IMG/VR virus record: IMGVR_UViG_3300044626_001013
Span: 1-53,697 of that record
Source: a virus
Lineage: Duplodnaviria > Caudoviricetes
DNA length: 53,697 nucleotides
Strand: one strand, 5' to 3'
Both the position numbers and the translations under genes were made by a program. This document shows positions 30,901 through 37,884 of the stretch, piece after piece (positions within the stretch are counted from its first letter, which is position 1; every line of letters starts with the position of its first letter). The notes beneath the pieces are model-generated. The model did not search any database. It worked only from the letters and a program-made list of their open reading frames with translations, and was not told where the DNA came from.

Positions 30901-33900
30901 GGCAGGAATGGTGTTGGCTGCAATCTTCGTTTCCCATCTGTTCTGCACCGTGGCGCCGTCGACTTGCATCGGCTTAGTTGTCTTGTCAATGTCGTTCTTG
31001 ACGATGCGGACAGGAATAGCGTCCGCCAACTTGCGAGCCGGTGGCAACAGGTGTTCTTTCACCAGCAACACGCGTCCATCGGTGACAAACTTGTCCGTGT
31101 TCTGTACGTCAAACCGATCGGGCACGATTTCCTTGATCGACTGCGTGTAGGACACCGGTGCAACGATTTGCTGTTCAATGGGCTTGCGTGGATCAATGTC
31201 ACGCTCGACCATTTCCTTCGCCCCGGCGCGGGCCTCGGGCAGGCTTTGGAAGTATTCCAGTTCCGTGTACTTGGGCCTCTTGACCTTGACATCTCGGCCG
31301 CCAGGAATGGCCGTCGGATAACTTTTATCCTCTGTGCCATCCTCGACGTACAACCGCCACGCGGACACGTACTTGTCCTTGACCAAGTACATGCCGTTGC
31401 GTTCACCATTGACCAAGACCGGAATCACGTCGGTCGGTTTGGTACTGCCGATGCTGTCTTTGACCTTCGGTCCAAACGACACCTGCTTTGGACCTTGCGT
31501 GGCTTGCGGCACTGCGGGCGGCGTTGTGGCTGCCACGCCTTCTCGTTGCTGCTTGATCTGTCGGTAGACCTTGCGAGCGTTTCGCTCGACATCGTCTAGC
31601 GACATGCTTGCGTTGGCCTTTGCAATGCGGTGTTTGGTGGCCAGATCCTTCAGCACTCCGCGTGGACGCTCCATAGACGCCAGCGTTTGAGCCGCGCTGT
31701 ATCCCGTCTGTCGCTTCAACCCTTGGTTCTGGAAAGCCGCATCAATCTCGGCTTCCACTTCCGCCACGCGGGCGAGCCTGGCTGTCTGCATGTCAGCGAC
31801 TTGTTGTGCCGCAAACTGGTCCTCGGTGAGGCTGAGAACATCTACGCGTTCTGTCGATGGCTCATTGGCCAGGGGCGTCCACTGTTCTCCCGGTTGCGTG
31901 GAGAACTCTCCTGCATCGCCTTTTACAACGATTGTCCCATCACGATTGTCACGGACGTACGCAAACGTCGCGCCAGCAATGCGCACGTTTTGTCCGGGAA
32001 CCAAGCCAGATGCGGTGCCAACACTGTCCTCTGCTGGCACCTTGGCCGCAGCATTTGCCGGTGCCTTCTTCCGGAAGAACGGATTGGCTACCTCGATGGT
32101 GCCGCTGTTGTCACTACGCTGAAGCGTTGGACCAATGATGCCGCGCCGTTGCAGGGCCTCCACAAATGGCTGGCCGTAGTCCTTGTTGGGGCTCACAAAC
32201 TTGATGGTGCTACCACCGTTTGCGGCAATCAGTCGCATGGCGTCTTGGATCAACGACGTAGCAACACCGGAACGACGCTCGCTTCCAGGCACAGACACAA
32301 AGAAGATTTCGCCGCGACTCGCTTCCGCCTTCTGCCCCGGAAAGTCGGCGTTCCGCAGCGCACCAGCCACGTGGGCACCGCTTGGCGTGGTGATCCGATA
32401 GCCGTACCTCAAGTTGGCATAGCCAAGCGTCGTCGTTGCCTGCGGCGTGCGTGGCGCGACCGACACCGGGTCGCCAGCGTCCGTGATGCCGTCTTGGACC
32501 GGCGCATTGGCGTCACTTGCGTTCGCGACTGGCTCTGTCGGCCTCGATTCCGCCTCGCTTGCGGGTGTTGGCGTGGTTGCTGTTGGTTCAGCACTAGCCT
32601 CGACGGCGGGCGTCTCGCCACTCGGTTGCGTGGCCGTTGGCGGTTGTTCCGTCGTGGTCGTCGCCTTGTCTTGCAGGAACTTCGCGTACTGGTACGCGGT
32701 CTTGCCCAGATCAAAACCGTTGATCCTGTAGACGGTGTGCTTGCCTTCCCGCTGCTTGCGTTCCTCAAACGCCTCCTGTTCCTTCGCATCCATCCGGTTG
32801 AACTGCGTGCGAGTCGGGTCTTTGACCTTCCACTCCTCTCGCTCCGTCAGTTCCGCACCGTCGGCCACCATCCTTCGGATGTGGTTTCGGGTCGTGTCAA
32901 TCTGATTGTCAATGGATCGTGACTGGTTCAGCAGTTTGACGACACGCGCCCGATTCATCGGCGTCATGCCGTCGGTAAATCCGTCAAGATCCTCCCGTTC
33001 CGCCTTTGCGGCGTCGTCCTTGGCCGTCTGCGCCTGCCGCACGGCTTGCTCACGCTCTGCATATGCAGCGTTGGCCTCGTCTCGGGCTTGAATCGCCTTC
33101 GCGTACTCCTGCGCCTTGGCCAACGTCTCATGGATTGTGTCGCCGCCGCCGCGTGGGTTGGTTGACTCCCTGACTGCAAACATTTGCCCGCGGCCGGTCA
33201 CTTGGGTCTGATAGATGCCGTACTTTGGCAGATCCGGCGAGAACTCGGGAATGTCCGTTTTCGGTATCGTGGTCTGCGTCGACGTGGTTGGCGTGTCCGG
33301 AGAGTCCAGCGACTTCGCCCGCAGGTTCATCCATTCCGCTGCGTTCTTGCGAAGTCGGGCGATTTCGGTTGCCTTCTCGCCTCGAAGCGCCCGTCGTTCC
33401 CACTCTTGGGCAGTGACACTCGCTGGCTTTTCGCCACGCAGTGTCCTTATACGCGAGGCAATGTCGGCAACCGCAGCATCGACAATGGCGTGTCGTTCCG
33501 CGTCTGGTTTTGCAAGAAGTTCCCTGATCTTCCACGGACCACTACCGGGTCCAGTCATGTACTCCGTGTACCTGTTTGGCTTCTCGTCGCCAGCAGTCGC
33601 GTCCTGACTTTCGCGAACCGTCGGCGTTTTCGGGGCCAACACGCCTTGGCGGTCGCCAACCCGATTGGCTTGGGATTCAAGTTGTGATTGGCCTTGGGTG
33701 GTTTGCTCTGCCGGGCGGCTGACAAACTCGTTTGCGGCCTGCAACAACGACTCGACTTGAGCAACCTGCTGAGCCTGCCACCCGTTGGGGTCTTTAGCCG
33801 CACGCTGGCGCAGCGTTTGTAAACCCGCAATAGCCACCTGGTCGCCATCAAGGACGCCAATCGCGGTTTGCAGTGCTTGGCGAAACTCTGCGACGTCAAG

Positions 33901-36177
33901 CAGTTGCCCGGTCAAATCGTTGACGGTCGGGGCGTTCTCGGCGTTCTGTTCCTGCGCTCGCAGAAACTCAATCGCGCGACGCTTGAACTCGCCGTAGTTT
34001 GCCGATTGCGCCTGCCGGTTTGCGTCAGTGCTTTCTGGCGCCTCATCCGATGGCGTCGGACGTGCGGGTGCAACGACCCCAACTCCCGTGCGACGTCGGA
34101 CACCCGGAGGAGCAACATCCGGCCGAAGTTGGGATCGCACAGGGGCTGTCTGCGGAATCGTCGCCACCGGACTAAAGCCAGGCGGCTGTGCAAAGTCCAA
34201 CAACCCATCGTCAGGCTTCGGCTGGCCAACCTGCGATTGCGGCTCCTCCACCGCTGGGCTGATATCGTCACCCGAAGCGATGTCCCCGCCATCCGCCTCC
34301 TGCTGGAGACGCTGCATGCGCTCCTCAAAGGTTTCCACTGACGGTGCGGGCTTGCCGTCCAGCACGTCTCGCGTGATGTTGGCCGGCGAAGGGGCGACCG
34401 GAGCCACGGGCGTTTCCGGCGCGGGGGACACCGGGGCCGGGCTCTCCGGAGCCGGTCCGGGCCGGAATCCCGGCGGCGGCGACGGAAGCAGGTGATCGTC
34501 GTCCGCGTACCGCCGCCTGTCGTACCCACCAACCGGCGCGTCGGGGTTGATGGGGAACCGCCCCACCACTTGGCCCTGCCTGTTCAAGACCACGTTCATG
34601 TTGGCGGCGTGGTCCTGAATCGTGACGTTGCCAGTCTGTGGGTCGTAGACGCCGCTGAAGTTGCCCTGCCCGACGACCTCGTTCCGCTCAATGTCGACCA
34701 CGGACACGCGTTGGTTTGCCGCGTCGGTGACGATGCCGTTGGCGTTGGTGTCCCAGATGGTGACGTCGTACTTGGGAGGGCCGCCGGCGGGATCCTGCAC
34801 GACGGACACGACGGCAGCCTGCGGCGGGGCGGGCTGCTTGATGCGGGAGCGGCCGACCGCCTCGTCGACGCGGTCTGCCCGCACCCTGCTGGGCTGCAAG
34901 CCCTGATCTTGGTACTGCCGATAGGCGTCGCGGGCAATGCCGGGCAGGCTTTCGGCCACCCCAAACGCACCACCCATCAGCGTCGCCCTCGCGATGTCCG
35001 CCGGGCTTCGTCCCGCCAGCGTGGCCTCCGTTGCGCCGAACGCAGAACCCGCTGCCACGTTGGTTGCGGTCCGGCTAGCCGCGTTTGCCAACCCGTACCC
35101 AATCCGCGGCGCCATGGCGTCGGCGGCACGCATGGCCACCGGCTGGACGGCTCCTCGAGCGGCACCCGCGGCCCCCAAGCCCACCACGGCCTCCGGCGAC
35201 ATGGCCAACGGGATCATCCCCGCCGCGAAGTTGCCCGCCTCTGTCGTGAGCGGGTACTTCTCGGCCGCGTAGCCCATGGCCTGCTGTTGCTGTTGCCATT
35301 CAGCCGGATCCTGGTAGAAGGCGGACGCCGTGACCCCGGGCAACTCCGCCCGCGTCAACTCAGCCAGGTTGCCAAGGTCCGTGCGAGGCGGCGGCATCTG
35401 GCCGCCCATGAACCGAGCGGTGACCAACTCAGGCAGCGACACGTCGCCCGACGCCACGCGCGCCAAGTCCACCCATTGGTTGGCCGCCATCTCCGTGCCG
35501 CCAATCACGGCGTTCTTTGCCGCAAGGCCAAACGCACCGAGTTGATTGTCGGGGAACGGGTTGGTCTGCTCGAACGACTCCTCAATCCGCTGCTGCCGTT
35601 CCTCGGCCCACTTCTGCTGCTCCCCCCGTTGCTTCTGGAGTGACGCCAGCACCGGATCCTGCGCCACGGGCGCCTGCATCATTTGCTGGGGCGTCACTGG
35701 CTGCGGCACACCCTCCGGCATGCCCACGGGTCGAACGACGTTGGGACGCGTGGCAACGTACCCCTGACGCCGGTTGTACATCGTCTCGGCCAACTGGCCC
35801 GGATCCATCGGCAGGTTGAGGTCGCGGTTGGCCTGGTACGACGGCGACCCATACACGGGCTGCGACGGCGGCTCCGGAGGCGTGGGACGTCCGCCCAGCA
35901 GGGTAGCGGCCATCTGCGGGCCCGGGCTCGTCGCGGACGACGCTCCGATGTCCGCCGGCTGGGGCTTCGGGACGCCACGCCACCGCTCAAACATGGGCCG
36001 GGCGGGCTCGGGCGGCGTCGGAGGGACGTCGAGCGTCGGGCCCGACATCAACCCGCGGTCGATCAGCCGCTTCTTGATGGCCTCGCGCATCGCGTCGGCC
36101 TGCGGCCCTTGGATGCCACGGGCCTGAAGGCGAGCCTCGATGGCTTCCAGAATCTGCGAACCGCTCATGGTCGACAT
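15910..36177 (-). CDS. Giant polyvalent (DarB-like) probable virion-ejected protein
   Basis: 6755 aa; adenine MTase motifs (LEPSAGNG, NPPF), HEALH, FKSWFKDSKVVD..HGS, GNAT-like RRSGVA, IEEIQSDW; follows the ejection-like genes. Confidence 0.85.
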   Translation of the reverse strand: MSTMSGSQILEAIEARLQARGIQGPQADAMREAIKKRLIDRGLMSGPTLDVPPTPPEPARPMFERWRGVPKPQPADIGASSATSPGPQMAATLLGGRPTPPEPPSQPVYGSPSYQANRDLNLPMDPGQLAETMYNRRQGYVATRPNVVRPVGMPEGVPQPVTPQQMMQAPVAQDPVLASLQKQRGEQQKWAEERQQRIEESFEQTNPFPDNQLGAFGLAAKNAVIGGTEMAANQWVDLARVASGDVSLPELVTARFMGGQMPPPRTDLGNLAELTRAELPGVTASAFYQDPAEWQQQQQAMGYAAEKYPLTTEAGNFAAGMIPLAMSPEAVVGLGAAGAARGAVQPVAMRAADAMAPRIGYGLANAASRTATNVAAGSAFGATEATLAGRSPADIARATLMGGAFGVAESLPGIARDAYRQYQDQGLQPSRVRADRVDEAVGRSRIKQPAPPQAAVVSVVQDPAGGPPKYDVTIWDTNANGIVTDAANQRVSVVDIERNEVVGQGNFSGVYDPQTGNVTIQDHAANMNVVLNRQGQVVGRFPINPDAPVGGYDRRRYADDDHLLPSPPPGFRPGPAPESPAPVSPAPETPVAPVAPSPANITRDVLDGKPAPSVETFEERMQRLQQEADGGDIASGDDISPAVEEPQSQVGQPKPDDGLLDFAQPPGFSPVATIPQTAPVRSQLRPDVAPPGVRRRTGVGVVAPARPTPSDEAPESTDANRQAQSANYGEFKRRAIEFLRAQEQNAENAPTVNDLTGQLLDVAEFRQALQTAIGVLDGDQVAIAGLQTLRQRAAKDPNGWQAQQVAQVESLLQAANEFVSRPAEQTTQGQSQLESQANRVGDRQGVLAPKTPTVRESQDATAGDEKPNRYTEYMTGPGSGPWKIRELLAKPDAERHAIVDAAVADIASRIRTLRGEKPASVTAQEWERRALRGEKATEIARLRKNAAEWMNLRAKSLDSPDTPTTSTQTTIPKTDIPEFSPDLPKYGIYQTQVTGRGQMFAVRESTNPRGGGDTIHETLAKAQEYAKAIQARDEANAAYAEREQAVRQAQTAKDDAAKAEREDLDGFTDGMTPMNRARVVKLLNQSRSIDNQIDTTRNHIRRMVADGAELTEREEWKVKDPTRTQFNRMDAKEQEAFEERKQREGKHTVYRINGFDLGKTAYQYAKFLQDKATTTTEQPPTATQPSGETPAVEASAEPTATTPTPASEAESRPTEPVANASDANAPVQDGITDAGDPVSVAPRTPQATTTLGYANLRYGYRITTPSGAHVAGALRNADFPGQKAEASRGEIFFVSVPGSERRSGVATSLIQDAMRLIAANGGSTIKFVSPNKDYGQPFVEALQRRGIIGPTLQRSDNSGTIEVANPFFRKKAPANAAAKVPAEDSVGTASGLVPGQNVRIAGATFAYVRDNRDGTIVVKGDAGEFSTQPGEQWTPLANEPSTERVDVLSLTEDQFAAQQVADMQTARLARVAEVEAEIDAAFQNQGLKRQTGYSAAQTLASMERPRGVLKDLATKHRIAKANASMSLDDVERNARKVYRQIKQQREGVAATTPPAVPQATQGPKQVSFGPKVKDSIGSTKPTDVIPVLVNGERNGMYLVKDKYVSAWRLYVEDGTEDKSYPTAIPGGRDVKVKRPKYTELEYFQSLPEARAGAKEMVERDIDPRKPIEQQIVAPVSYTQSIKEIVPDRFDVQNTDKFVTDGRVLLVKEHLLPPARKLADAIPVRIVKNDIDKTTKPMQVDGATVQNRWETKIAANTIPAVPLGTVPALGYDIMLLDAGGKTVYQVNANLLDAVMRATGATQIRVASANPNDRDPGMVLWKGDVPVAMVAALTKRSYLDLSPAKVKQALARKADTATQPAVQQQAPASTPNVPTPTAASPKPTKVLNDNEDPPLPSKAIQHSITQIFKARDVIESRDINKKKFESALATIRTHASKLDIAVPGVRTYFYADEYRDAATAVTIEIVKRYGSFPTQERRDRRDAARASMAQPARQGLPEQAATPASPAPIEIRDRGTKAPAAVEQPRNAAVDVPPTDTQIGPMTLDQFLNEGHEIYKVTRDEWIAMNVAKRQAEGLPVESKPGITDDAMSDYEKVHADAVTKHVASGGEISYRVSQDYPDARPNETPARAAQIDRIVAMINEYEKQKQDTWVQATETKGSDGKWYRLDMPAGVRPTDERRVIGYVRRAKDGVTYGEVYPTLEAAKQADARLTDATLQQTRESLASLDNKRLESDEEFWLSESGRSKRTGGDTADAPLEGYNEVYVVGYSASTLDDGTPVNTYRLSKNGYTISKHSDGRFSLTGGATVMGHFDSLRDAMEMAQRAPDIGVWATQREQVEFDDGTTAVTHTLSNSMEVMEADGKYELRRRVGPGIQSLGTFDTLKEATDAAGGPPELRPTDTASKPYTLKEWDGEVDGIVNLEGTVAERLVKFERLLGSLQSLQTELNKLTIKQLSPMVGPMVRSGTSKAEMVEKAINRMLLAFNIRSGIQYDPFKEKYQAAVIRTVRNTTEQELQEHREAVQAARRKREEAIANPQTLADFNTLMLAKGSKALTPEQRRTYEALVAEADRKLDNARQTTRIEQVDTGDVTLSYKEGFHDKDKYTLHIVQLTGGRVPHETFANLKNAAKRLGGWWSSFRKDQSGFQFKTKEAADEFIKVNQQAITTKAADEARETDAQERASERLSEQAERMTESAEESLGQDRLSNTARRARMAAAAEQDARRDLAMAKTLENVAFAIREGIAPSLSGVRNAAQIRELNRVLMLAKRDYYESLDDAGRDRVRRDYNGDWTELPVTDEIIDKAKLRMPELHRSELQDLVTYGNQTPGLKRDAARVAKLLAARKGQESDRLVVSSDADILTLRNLATAAKRASGRFKYAGEYIHERVMQHQRLVEMGLKSDAALRTALREYKALRARPPEADKVREMERALVGRQVGKDFFPTPVDLAERMVSNASIEPGMRVLEPSAGNGRIADAIRAAGVEPHVVEMSPSLREILAAKNYTMVGNDFEEFTPSEKYDRIVMNPPFGTGTEGTDGLHVRRAYDMLAPGGRLVAVMSSGTFARSDAKAKAFRDWLESVGGTNEPLPTDTFSRDRTGMPTTDVNTQLVVIDKPGSPDDVSEAVAEPTQNDEATAEAAEYQRQQAEYNASAAEAQRLQQLGTSVVPGIRLQEAESAGRAWEAYQANEVTKSQWEDYVDDLYQSGKANGPTLASVKRGDIVFQKPDADHPLPRAGVVLEDSSDEWVKIADVTARMATRMAPLASLYKRANRHDPYAAQDFARDLLAGTLHASQPTAPTVAEATAPAPVADAVPAEQSAIPAQPTVVASADDPEVTRQTIVKALKGYSMSTEDREVLAKHIDLMNADIAEQSTMDGKVVAAIAMLEVATQAKSKTLNYQSEGHFVNPLASVLEALHPNVAAEALSMLELAGIKRHIQGALQGGTVQNKASNPTPANPEEEKRLLDERQREWASTIVPMKTLRSTFARAFGSEQLGTSNDSPLIGSPHVLMLKTALDAQSLQKMQTLERLHTTVADDVLANAWGQLANNGKKDAKILGVIPAPHENRVYAVLDHGDDLAYAEANIVQVVSSMTGATSFAIGRMGPRPVLLFRKDGAIVAVQSLFPTESLGLANTEYVRKAAKGELGSVAARTNVVAANEPVASVHPRDMVVEMTAVPSAAMSAEARKAQESEAKAATKRLRDLFASTETRMKYREDQLRFMPDVAVAIREAKANVKASTQPKRQKLEAEAEREVMRNVLRGDVEYQQLSATLDRLHAQEKKAFRQQIDIENDSKLASSAERSKNELATVPAIARYMRQLGTTKWWEAKKAADEFERMTDGAFAAKFPTAGQSRNWHIAALRKHADAPPKWAATFDPDKPGKGEVLPAGWKPGVPALSEITTNQAEEPPSIVMGIDRNALLDRAVKAGRAKLVLRAETNDERIRELVKGLEDNTWVRIGNTLRYGLPGDLGMFTRFAKLVREFGDDPHLVFSNGMWQWTSGSQTFRFGSLPGGSEGDRMYVDADALAQVKNGIVYVSSEPGLDPRGEFEAARRKEIDKKEKALVKKWKKQRPDYPSLSIADLQSLSRARGLSVDGGRRGMIERLHIDDDIVDLESALQRSFGPHIVVMRAEPVGDLEQELSSLLRRSGITPVFVSIDGDNGAVEGVYLGRGDTRVYLRSGMGEEVGRVALHEALHVLRTQKPKLYSDLVRAVGEQTIAKFATLYGRRLASTFGDDHPVVQQFDESADMQQDEGLADAVGSMAADPAVRDAIRRKPGLWTRIKAWVAAFLERMGMGNQGAGLRKAVLDLLRRMDEDEAPDPNAPRPDDLADQFALSKSKLIDDPEIQRKQAEADAALSKDMEEDRREYFGTKEGMWRMLSQMYATRNRLTQVVQEVRRHITHDGGVVEKNQFRYIISRNTYPGGKPWRVSQFVYRNGKWLPWGHVETAVLDDPATATDLYPRGAVQEVAKNIGTKHKGPLVSPSFSPSGKPVPSRKEVVAEAKALGLPGIGTTESIANRVRIIKADPSTWTRADFDAVKDSLAIHQDVRPGSDERVASIMRDGLRSGMVDSVGAMDRKAWTWAKQLMGGDVYVFASGTLEYIGDSAYLKPGNKPLFHYKAEKGQDLYEAMTGRRKGDSRNPQVDTPQFKSWFKDSKVVDGAGNPLIVKHGSPDVRGIFAEGFKARSRGNVWFAAADTDVADSYANERRAMDYQNAEPQTIPLYLSIQNPMVVDAQGKHWRDTERHVQEAKDAGHDGIIIKNSVDYYENKGRKAARPTTVYAWFAPSQAKSAVQGQLRSRIDGKPIEGATGNVGTFDPANPDIRFSVSGKVYRDTLGFERKAERLIQEKVKGAMQAADLRKMLLNNGVTADEMKWSGWDDALATDRKLTLPEILAIAAQSRVELSEVVKGGSNDDKRMAEATQRADAAQQTLKAAFNELVKEGTSDINETFVGKFKEVAWSSLRLLKALNGDDAARQIESTDRLAAFLRSESASFVSPYGPNGKTLRNRLVDALAKPRLVEAAREYITASQEQRRIRDETDESWMRNRTQFERYTLPGGTDYREVLLTLPKKAKSYQDFKAAGMSDAEAQRAANATFEQDYQSSHFPEPNIIAHMRLKDRTTPDGRRVLHIEEIQSDWHQAGRDRGYADPAVFAKLRAELEAADKEVADRFANKEAYAKSNPGMKPGEDDGTWDRLVEAHRRAIINRDRIKQDLRKPEQVPAAPFSKNWHEMAFRRVLRMAAEGGYDALAWTTGEQQAARFDLSKEVDAVHWQPSTSELWVDKRSGRETKQRKVADNVTAANLEQYVGRETARRILAAQEVDTYKSAYGDDLKVGGEGMREFYDRQLVRYADKYGKKWGAKVQDGQVLTKDRVPDPLMQQFTDDGVSYMTVRGTAIANPLADIQHGEPLEESEAVDYWVNLGVERAVAEDAITRFKRDQAEAERRVAERGEYEVDAHVLPITDAMRESVMGEGQVLFSIAGTPAQWADQAAAKAKVPAAEASMPVIADVEAARLVVADMVKSGTLKPTEAKAAAEKVLKGVDGARVQPASVLARRVAARLEKVANPTGNDVEQAFREVAFAHVTNAADVALRGARRAEADASVGTSRESRIREMERLQGLERSYRKAADEYKPESAKGKEESPDATRDRLLRRPAAPDRPVNVPAAAAVMKQSLLAAGLEVAVKAVAKKAAGKKVGRKSIYQFVDEAIGTRPVLRQQRDAVNRVARGFLRDVGALGKPNPADPAPGTPEYKTVMGERVEEAYRQAVSDLQTSAAARRQQADARAGAIREGMSPAEGMVSASDAAKASYRAQERLGRKMASTAARTVVAAMRQARQAARAEATAKVASLQRRWQRRFDRLKDKVWTARTDLTVEQQRTRARRRLEREIRRELTDVIRKYMPRTLRGDYITMVRDATNPGRLNDALVAIQHDLTFHNAKEATRMGLQTAKGKWVERIRGDKAAKAAYDAAVQTLMDAARRLKETNKVAKQPQPAKLTTMAGGTGSVGTATKRMSVDDLLALQDRVEQAHAELLFLRKDAAEKEQIRVEGKVLARETVVESVLKSLALRPDLARPLGLPAATRTSLLGRYHIANATPDTIAAMLRNPLARKLLVEELWRGETDAMADTYAATDEMKRLLAAAGFEWGSEKLHRLSYTSAGPDAQQMTLNLPDAGQVTASPGEWMAVLATLARESSGRKILEEGRPITFGRDTHMTPVTLTAADADAISDALDKMGLVSVVHGGMKFMSGTADALNKAYYSATGRYLKLEPLYFPTHVNRDQQPIENLIGAGPQYVRRALENLGFLQPTDERATSPYLIKDFFDEYNQYTHASAIMVHMTDRVRAMEAVFKDRRILAEIERKFGSDINERLDRMIEAGKLLFSEPKSRLDKVAVSLGRKIAKAELTLNPGTWMKQFGSVPKLYAVMDAEHIAAGIENMMDPVVTDLLKNDAYFRNRIEDAVYRRMSPSDYKRSPSLGQVNTADAIKRIMEGGVFVTERSRAAWGSATDRIEVMNWFDGISSRVAIGAALSMGRAKGLTGQALLRYAAWEAQMAIRRVNNTSSVLDMSGWAERNRGNWLSLSMLFTSDANKNYNLIAAAFEDQGGKVAGKKMGRAIVGIAASNLWGAMIGALIGTLTKYGLSALFDDDEAREALMGEVGSQFVRSNLGSLYFGDVIYDLTRAGYRVATKQPVQVNSVFETPVSSKVADATEGAIRFAKSFEAQGRYTSGRNRGEYRDEVMYREGLWQMAEAISGLMGNPLLPWMRYLRKYMQQE

Positions 36178-36180
36178 GAA

Positions 36181-37854
36181 TCACCGTCCCTCTGGCATTA
36201 TTTGCTGCAACTGATCAATCAACTGGTCGGCAAGTCGTTCAGCATCGGTCTGCGGGGGCGGCACGGTGCGCATGCTCTCAGGCGATGCGATTCGTGCCCC
36301 GTCCGTCAGAGCGGGGGTAGTTGGGGGCATGTCGCTCGCCGTGTTCACCCTCCACCCGGCCTGTTTGGCAATGTCAATCGCCTTGGTGCGAATGGCGTGG
36401 GCGCGTGCCGCAGGATCGTCGGTAAACCATCCATTGCCAATGCGGGCATCTACGAACGGCGTCGCCGCTTGCACAAACGTGCGGACCATGGAGTCGTTCT
36501 CGTTCCACGCCAGCATGCGGCCGTCGCCACGCGGAACCTTGACGGTGAACGGCGGCTCGTCGGGCCGGTTGTCGTCCAGCACGGAAATCTCGACTTGGGT
36601 GCCACCGTACTGCGACGGGGTGTCCGACGGCCGCTGCCTCAACCTACCCTCGGTCGCCAGCACTTCGTCGCGAGCCCTCAATGACGGATCAACTCCGTAC
36701 GCGGGCACGTTTTTGCCTTGATCGGCGTCGGCAAGCCTTTCCGCCGCTTGGTGCGCCTCTTGCTTCTCCCTTTCCGTCAACTCTCGGCCGCGTTCAAACC
36801 GAGCATCGACGTTGGCGTTTGCCCAGTTGGTCACCTTGTTGGCAATCAGCCATTGCTGTGCCTGTGACCGAACCATTGGGTCCGGACTACGCAGATCGCC
36901 CACTGCCGCCGCAATCTGCGCCTGCATTTCCGGCGAGTACGTGTTCTTGCCGCCCATCCGTTGCTCGAGCATCCGCTCCGTAACGGCTTCGTGCAACTTG
37001 CGGCGAGCAATGGGATTCATTTGCAGGACCATGTTGTACACTTCATGGTCGCGCTGCGGCGGTCCCACCCCGTCCTCTGCCCCCTGCTCCGACAGTTCCG
37101 TGGCAATCGCGATGGCTTCCTGCTCCTCGCGTTCCTGCAACGACTGGCTTTCTTCCATCGGAACCTCGTCAGGATTGACGGCGTCCCAAAGTTGAAACCG
37201 GTCGAGTTTCTCGCTCAGCGTGTTGCGGGTGTCCACCTCATAGCCACGCGTCCTCTGCAAGTGGGCTCGCTCCGACAGCGCGTTCTTGAGCAGCCCCCGC
37301 TGCCGCAAGCCGTTGATCGTGTCCAGCACGTCTTGCCGTTCCTTGACCACCTGCTCGTCGTTGGCGTCCCAGCGACGGAGCATGTCCATCGCCTCTGGCG
37401 ATGCGTCCGCCAGCAGCGTGACGTCCAGCGTGTCGCGTGGATGCGGGGCGTTCATCACCACGTCTTTGTTGGGGCGCGACTGCAAATCAAAGTCCTTGCG
37501 TCGCCCCTGCGTGGCCTGATAGATTGCCTTGTCCGCCCTTTGCTTCCGCAGGATGCGGCTTGCCTGCTCCCGTTCTCTTGCGAGCGCCGCGTTGTGCGCC
37601 TCCCGTTGCATGTCGAACGCTTGGATTGCGCGAGCGTTCTCAGCGTTCCACCGCTCGTCGGCCCTCGCGTCGCGTTGCTGGCGGTATGCCCACTCTTGGT
37701 CGTACCGTTGCCCAGCCACCGCGTCCTGTTGCTGGCGGTACGCCTGTTCCTGCTCGTACTGGCGTTGGGCTTCTCGCTCCTGGGCCAACTTCATGCCCAT
37801 GTTGATGCCGCCCATGAGCGAGTTGGCGTACGCGGATGTGTCGAAAATGGACAT
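36181..37854 (-). CDS. Putative internal virion/ejection protein
   Basis: 557 aa; Gly/Met N-terminus then Q/E/R coiled coil; position. Confidence 0.6.
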   Translation of the reverse strand: MSIFDTSAYANSLMGGINMGMKLAQEREAQRQYEQEQAYRQQQDAVAGQRYDQEWAYRQQRDARADERWNAENARAIQAFDMQREAHNAALAREREQASRILRKQRADKAIYQATQGRRKDFDLQSRPNKDVVMNAPHPRDTLDVTLLADASPEAMDMLRRWDANDEQVVKERQDVLDTINGLRQRGLLKNALSERAHLQRTRGYEVDTRNTLSEKLDRFQLWDAVNPDEVPMEESQSLQEREEQEAIAIATELSEQGAEDGVGPPQRDHEVYNMVLQMNPIARRKLHEAVTERMLEQRMGGKNTYSPEMQAQIAAAVGDLRSPDPMVRSQAQQWLIANKVTNWANANVDARFERGRELTEREKQEAHQAAERLADADQGKNVPAYGVDPSLRARDEVLATEGRLRQRPSDTPSQYGGTQVEISVLDDNRPDEPPFTVKVPRGDGRMLAWNENDSMVRTFVQAATPFVDARIGNGWFTDDPAARAHAIRTKAIDIAKQAGWRVNTASDMPPTTPALTDGARIASPESMRTVPPPQTDAERLADQLIDQLQQIMPEGR

Positions 37855-37884
37855 GAACCCAACCCTTCCGACCGCCAGCCGCGG

